Source: an uncultured Actinomycetes bacterium (GTDB taxonomy: Bacteria > Actinomycetota > UBA4738 > HRBIN12). From it: a DNA stretch of 64,000 bases. The stretch spans positions 204,163 to 268,162 of the forward strand of contig CAWFNS010000006.1 in assembly GCA_963817235.1 (NCBI GenBank), read 5' to 3'. The translations under genes were made by a program, and so were the position numbers. The notes under the pieces were generated by a model. The model did no database searches. It saw only the letters and a list, made by a program, of their open reading frames with translations, and was not told the DNA's origin. Positions 58,705 to 64,000 of the stretch are shown in pieces. How positions within the stretch are numbered: the first letter of the stretch is position 1; each line of letters opens with the position of its first letter.

Positions 58705-59769
58705 GGCTGTTCGCCCAGACCCACGAGGTAGCACGCGGCGTCGTGCCCCGTCGCCGCTTCCGACGCCATGAGGTCGTTCGTGCGGCACCGCTCGAGGATG
58801 CCCAGCTCCTCGGCCCGGCCGGAGGCCACGACCGGACACCGCGGATGGAACCGGCACCCCCCCGGGATCCGCGTCGGATCCGGCGGCTCGCCCCGGAGGA
58901 TCATCCTTCGAGGTCCCGCCCGCCTCCGGCACCACGTCCAGGAGGGCCCTCGTGTAGGGGTGACGAGGACGCTGCAGGACCTCTTCGGTGGGCCCGATCT
59001 CGACGATGCGCCCGAGGTACATCACCGCGACCCGATCGGCCACGGTCCAGGCCAGGCCGAGGTCGTGGGTGACGATCATGATCGAGATCCGCAGCTCGTC
59101 GCGCAGCTTCAGCAGCAGCGCGAGGATCTCGCCGCGGACCGATGCGTCGAGGTTCGAGACGGGCTCGTCGGCGACGATCACGGTCGGGTCGAGCACGAGG
59201 GCGCCCGCGATCACGACCCGCTGGCGCTGGCCGCCGGAGAGCTCGTGCGGGTAGAGGAGGAAGAAGCGCTCGGGAGGCCGCAGCCCGGCCCGCGACAGGG
59301 CCCGCGCGACGAGCTTGTCCTCGCCCTCCTTGTCCGGGCCTTCGTGGATCCGGTGGATCCGAAGGCCCTCGGCGACGATCTCGTAGATCGTCTGGCGCGG
59401 GTTGAGGGACGCCGTCGGGTCCTGGAACACCATCTGGACGTTCCGCCGGTACGGGCGCAGATCCTTCGCGCCGTGGGCCAGCCGGTCGCCCCGGTACCGG
59501 ATCTCTCCCGCGTTGGGTTCGATCAAGCCCATGATCGCGCGTGCGGTCGTCGTCTTGCCGCACCCGGACTCGCCGGCGACCGCGAGCACCTCGCCTTCGT
59601 ACAGGGTGAAGCTGACGTCGTCGACCGCCTTCGCGTCGACGCCCTTCTTGCCCATCAGCCCGGCGAAGAAGCCGACGCGGCCCTTGAAGTTCACCTCGAG
59701 GTGCTCGACCTCGATCACCGGCGGACCCGGTTCGGTGGGCGCGGGGGTGATCGGCTCCGGATCGCTCAC
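58701..59769 (-). CDS. Oligopeptide/dipeptide ABC transporter ATP-binding protein (OppF/DppF-like) (frame disruption near 58915)
   Basis: GTG at 59769. GESGCGKTT, LSGGQRQRV, VADEPVSNLD. C-terminal oligopeptide-type extension GGCRFHPRCP in ORF 58701..58904. Confidence 0.85.
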
Positions 59770-60750
59770 GTCGTCCCCTGGAACGCGGGCGCGCCCGAGA
59801 CGTGGATGCACGCGGCGCGCCGGGCCGGGCCCGCGTCCCACAGCCGGAGCTCCGCCGAGCTGCACGCGTCGACGGCCTCGGCGCATCGGGGATGGAACGG
59901 GACAGCCCGACGGGATGTGCTGGGGGTCGGGCGGGTCGCCCCCGAGCCCGCTCGGCTTGCCCCGGAAGCGGGTGTCGCCGATCTCGGGGAACGCGGCGGC
60001 GAGGGCCTTCGTGTAGGGATGCGTCGGCGAGTGGAAGACCTCGTCGGCCTTCCCTTCCTCCACGATCAGACCGGCGTACATGATCGCGAGCCGGTCGGAC
60101 ACCTCGACGAGGACGGACAGGTCGTGCGTGATGAACAACATCGCCAGACCGAGGTCGTGCTGGAGGGACCGGAGCAGCTGCAGGACCTGCGCCTGCACCA
60201 TCACGTCGAGGGCCGTCGTCGGCTCGTCGGCGATCACGAGCGTCGGGCTGCACGCGAGCGCCATCGCGATCATCACCCGTTGCTTCTGGCCCCCGGAGAG
60301 CTCGTGCGGGAAGTCGTCGATCCGCCGCGGCGGCAGGCCCACCTGCTCGAGCAGGGCGCCGGCCAGCACGTAGGCCTCCTTCTCGCCGGCCATGTTGTGC
60401 ACGGTGATCGCCTCGGCGATCTGGTCGCCGATCTTGCGAACGGGGTTCAGGGCGTGCAGGGCTCCCTGGAAGATGATCGACGCGCCGGTCCAGCGCACCG
60501 CCCGCAGTTTCCCGGGCGTGAGCTCCAGGATGTCCTGATCGTTCAGGAGCATCTGCCCCTCGATCTTCGTGGCCGGGGAATGCAGCCGGAGGATCGCGCC
60601 GGCGATCGTGGACTTCCCGCACCCGGACTCGCCGGCGAGCCCGAGCACCTCGCCCTTCTCGATGTCGAAGGACACGCCGCGCACCGCCGGGACCGGCCCG
60701 CCCTTCGTCGAGTAGGACACGGTCAGGTCGCGCACCGACAGGACGCTCAT
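59766..60750 (-). CDS. Oligopeptide/dipeptide ABC transporter ATP-binding protein (OppD/DppD-like) (frame disruption at a GGG run, 59899-59901)
   Basis: ATG at 60750. GESGCGKST, LSGGQKQRV, IADEPTTALD. Removing one nt restores SGCPFHPRCAEAVDAC. Confidence 0.85.
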
Positions 60751-61712
60751 CGTTCGCGCAGCCTCGGGTTGATGATCTCGTCGAACGCGAACCCGCACAG
60801 CGTGAAGCCGAGCACGACGAGGACGATGCACATGCTGGGCGCCAGCAGCCACCACCACGCGCCGATCGAGGTCGCGCCCGCCTCGAACGCGAACTCGATG
60901 ATCGTGCCCCACGTGATGTTGAACGGATCGCCGAGCCCCAGGAACGACAGCGCCGACTCCGACAGGATCGCGATCGCGACCGTCAAGATCGTGTTCGCGA
61001 GGATCACGGGCATGACGTTCGGCAGGACGTGCCGGGTCACGACGTACCAGTCGCTCGCGCCGAGCCCGCGTCCTCGCTCGACGTACTGGTGCTCCTTCAC
61101 CGACAGGACCTGGGCGCGGACGAGCCGGGCCGTGCCCGGCCAGGACGTGAAGCCGATGATGCAGATGATGATGAACAGCGACTGCCCGAAGATCGACGCC
61201 AGGACGATCGCGAGCGCGAGCCAGGGGATCACCAAGAACATGTCGGTGACCCGCATCAACGACACGTCCGTGAGTCCCGCCCGATAGCCGGCGACGATGC
61301 CGATGAACGCCCCGACCGTCATCGAGATCACGGTGGCCGCGAGCCCGACGAGCAGCGACGTCTTCGAACCCGCGATCACGAGGCTCAGCACCGAGATGCC
61401 GGTGTCGTCGGTGCCGAGCGGGTAGGCGCGGCTCGGCGGCGCCAGGACGGGACCCTTCGTGAGCGTCGGGTCGGTCGCCGCGGGGTTCGCGAAGAAGATC
61501 GCGAACAGGGCCATCCCGATGAAGAAGATCAGGATGACCAGGCCGAGCATCCCCATCACGCTCCGGCGGTACTGCTTCCAGAACCGGCCCATCGCCTGGC
61601 GGCGGCGCGCGCGGCGGATCTTCCGCGGGTTCTTCGGGTCGAGGTCCTTGGCGTCGAGAGATCCCCCGAGGAGTTGCTGCTCGGCGGCGGCCGCCGCCTT
61701 CGTCCGCGCCAT
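60747..61712 (-). CDS. ABC transporter permease (OppC/DppC-like)
   Basis: ATG at 61712 within ORF 60747..62390. N-terminal extension, TM helices, binding-protein-dependent transport signature region (GASDWYVVTRHVLPN). Confidence 0.85.
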   Translation of the reverse strand: MARTKAAAAAEQQLLGGSLDAKDLDPKNPRKIRRARRRQAMGRFWKQYRRSVMGMLGLVILIFFIGMALFAIFFANPAATDPTLTKGPVLAPPSRAYPLGTDDTGISVLSLVIAGSKTSLLVGLAATVISMTVGAFIGIVAGYRAGLTDVSLMRVTDMFLVIPWLALAIVLASIFGQSLFIIICIIGFTSWPGTARLVRAQVLSVKEHQYVERGRGLGASDWYVVTRHVLPNVMPVILANTILTVAIAILSESALSFLGLGDPFNITWGTIIEFAFEAGATSIGAWWWLLAPSMCIVLVVLGFTLCGFAFDEIINPRLRER

Positions 61713-62699
61713 CAGGCCGTCCTCACGCGCGGATCGAGGTAGCCGTAGAGCAGGTCCGCCACGAGGTTCGCCACGATCACCGCGGCGGCGAAGAACAGGA
61801 ACAGGCCCTCCAGGAGCGGGAAGTCCTTGCTCCTGATCGCTTCGAGCTCCAGGTAGCCGACGCCCGGATAGGAGAAGACCGTCTCGACGGTGATCGCGCC
61901 GCCCAGCACGAACGCGAACGACAGCGCGATCAGGGTGACGGTCGGCAGCAGCGCGTTGCGCACCGCGTGCCTGTTCAGGACCACCTTCTCCCGCAGGCCC
62001 TTCGCCCGTGCGAGCGTGATGTAGTCCTCGCCGAGCACGTCCAGCAGCGACGATCGCATGATCAGGTAGAACTCTCCGACGTAGGCCAGCGTGAGCGTGA
62101 GCCACGGCAGGAACATGTGGTTCAGGACGTCCGTGACATGCGCGAGGCCCGTGTAGTCGCCCGTCGCGGATTGGAACCCCCCGGTCGGGAACCATCCCAA
62201 CGCGGTGCCGAACAGCAGGAGGAACAGGATGCCGAGCACGAACTCGGGGATCGCGTAGAGGACGAGCGAGCTCCCCATGAACGAGACGTCGCCGAACCCG
62301 CCGCGCCGCCAGCCGCCGTAGATCCCCATCCAGATGCCGAGCGCCGTCGACGCGATCGTGCTCGTCCCCACCAGCAGCAGCGTCGGCCACAGGTTCCGGA
62401 AGAACACGCTCGAGACCGACTCACCGGGGCTGACGAACAGCGATTGTCCGAGGTTGAGCCTGGCCGTGTCCTTCAGGTACGCGATGAACTGCCCGGGGAA
62501 GACCGGGAGGTCCAGCCCGAGGTCGTGCCGCAGCGCGGTCCTGTTGCGCCTCGGTCATGTTGTGCCCGGAGGAGCGCACGAGGAGTTTCACCGGGTCGGC
62601 CGGGATGATCCGGAACAGGAAGAAGTTGAAGATCAGGATCAGGACGAGCGTGAGGAACGCCTGGAACACCTTGCCCAGGACGTACGCTCGACCTCCCAC
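61712..62699 (-). CDS. ABC transporter permease (OppB/DppB-like) (frame disruption(s) about 62410-62560)
   Basis: N-terminus in ORF 62421..62699 (YVLGKVFQAFLTLVLILIFNFFLFRIIPADP). Body in ORF 61712..62407 (ARAKGLREKVVLNRHAVRNALLP). Confidence 0.8.
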
Positions 62700-62720
62700 C
62701 GGGTCGTTCCGCTCCCTCCG

Positions 62721-64000
62721 CTAGGCGCGTTCCTCGTCCGGCTTTCGCCGGCGCACCAGCACCACGATCACGATGATCGCCGCGATGCCGAGCAGGAGGG
62801 CGCCCCACACGCCGGTCGAGATGCCGCCGCTCCCCGCGTTCGCCTGGCCGGCGCTCACCGGGTGCATCGTGATGGCCGAGTAGGTCGTGTACTGGTTCAG
62901 CAGGTACCCGTTGGGGTCCGGGGAGAGCCGGAACCCGGTCCACCGGTCGCTCCGGTAGGCCTCCAGCGTGTCGTCGTAGTACGTGATGATCTCCGGGTTC
63001 TCCTTGTAGAGGAGCTGCTGCATCTGGAACACGATCTTCTGGCGCGCATCCAGATCGGTCGCCGCCTTCTGTTCCTCGTACAGCTGGTCGTACTTCTTGT
63101 TGCTCCAGCAGGCGTCGCTCCAGACCTCGCACTGGTCGGTCGTGAACACCGACAGGATGAAGCTCGGGTCGGGATCGGGGCCCCAGCCCCACATGTACAT
63201 GTCGAAGTCGTTCGCGGTCCAGAACGCGAGCGTCTTCTGGTACGAGTCGGCCTGGGTGGTCACCTGGATGCCGATCTGCTTGAGGTAGCCGGCGATGTAG
63301 CGGGCGGCGCGGACCCGGCTCGAGTCCTCCGATTCGATGTCGAGCCGGAAGTCGAGCGGTTTGCCGCCGCCCGGCATCTCCCGGACGCCGTCGCCGTTCG
63401 TATCGACGTAGCCGGCGTCATCGAGGATCTTGTTCGCGCCCGCGATGTCGAACGGGATCGTCTCGTCGGGCGTGGGTTGCCAGTGCCAGAACTGCCGATC
63501 TGGGTGGCACGATCGACGTGCCGGGTTGCCCGAACCCGCGCAGGACCCGGTCAACGAGGTCCTGTTTGTCGATCGCCATCGCGATCGCCGTGCGGACCCG
63601 CGGATCCAGCAGCGCCGGGTGCCCGGTTCCGATCGGGTTGCTCGACGAATCCGGCGCCGGATAGTCGCCGCGCGTGTTGAAGATCAGGTTGGCGAACCCC
63701 GACGGGACCCCGGCGTTCGTGGTGACGCCGTCGACGCCCTTGAGGGAGTTGAACAGGTCCGGCGAGATGCCGCTGGCGTAGTCGATATCGCCCGTCTTGA
63801 GGGCGTTGACCATCGCCTCGACGTTGTCGTACTTCTTGATGACGTAGTTGTCGATCTGGGGCGCGCCGCCCCAGAAGTTCTTGTTGGCGGACAGCGACCA
63901 GGTATGCGACGTCTTGTTCCACTGGTCCATCTGGAACGCCCCCGAGCCGACGAGCGGGAACACGGGGGAGTTGTCGGTGCTGGCCTTCTTCACGCTGAGC
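62721..64000 (-). CDS. Family-5 (peptide/nickel) ABC solute-binding protein, partial (5' end outside window; frame disruption near 63490) with C-terminal TM anchor
   Basis: ORFs 63418..63993 and 62721..63554. Ends ...SAGQANAGSGGISTGVWGALLLGIAAIIVIVVLVRRRKPDEERA. Confidence 0.8.

Noticed and set aside
57604-60912. A single 1102-aa ORF on the minus strand that looks like a giant ABC protein.
   Set aside because: It is a chimera. It contains the OppD-like and OppF-like genes, joined by frame errors, plus an antisense read-through of the 57973..58704 gene. Two separate Walker A / signature / Walker B sets and a GTGA gene junction at 59766-59769 show two genes.

Overview
The window is a high-GC (roughly 70%), densely coding chromosomal segment with Actinomycetota hallmarks: a WhiB-like regulator, an AdnA/AdnB-type helicase-nuclease pair, a UvrD-type helicase with an HRDC tail, a class A PBP with PASTA domains, and an ECF sigma with a zinc anti-sigma. 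I can support about 58 protein genes and one tRNA-Pro(CGG). I found no rRNA, CRISPR array, transposase, integrase or prophage genes. All family calls come from reading motifs in the translations, because no database search was possible.

About 40 conserved genes switch reading frame once or more. At least one switch sits in a homopolymer run, so I treat these as probable indel errors rather than pseudogenes. Several coordinates therefore join two or three ORF-track entries.

Observations most worth follow-up:
1. A ~45-bp promoter/operator module (two TCTACC-N4-GGTAGA palindromes around a -10 box) occurs at 221-265 and again at 3109-3152. It heads a fatty acyl-CoA reductase-HAD gene and an ADH / LarA-like / acyltransferase / TetR operon. 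Both transcripts look leaderless.
2. A ~2.7-kb island of lower GC (about 41040-43700) carries two tandem orphan HisKA_3 histidine kinases with a shared uncharacterised membrane domain. No response regulator is nearby. A 29-codon signal-peptide-like mini-gene with a strong RBS lies between them.
3. selA-selB are present without selC, selD or an obvious selenoprotein gene, and sit next to a stand-alone nuoD.
4. An Rv0958/Rv0959-like AAA+/VWA module sits with two membrane proteins.
5. A family-5 solute-binding protein ends in a Gly/Ser-rich segment, a TM helix and an RRRK tail.
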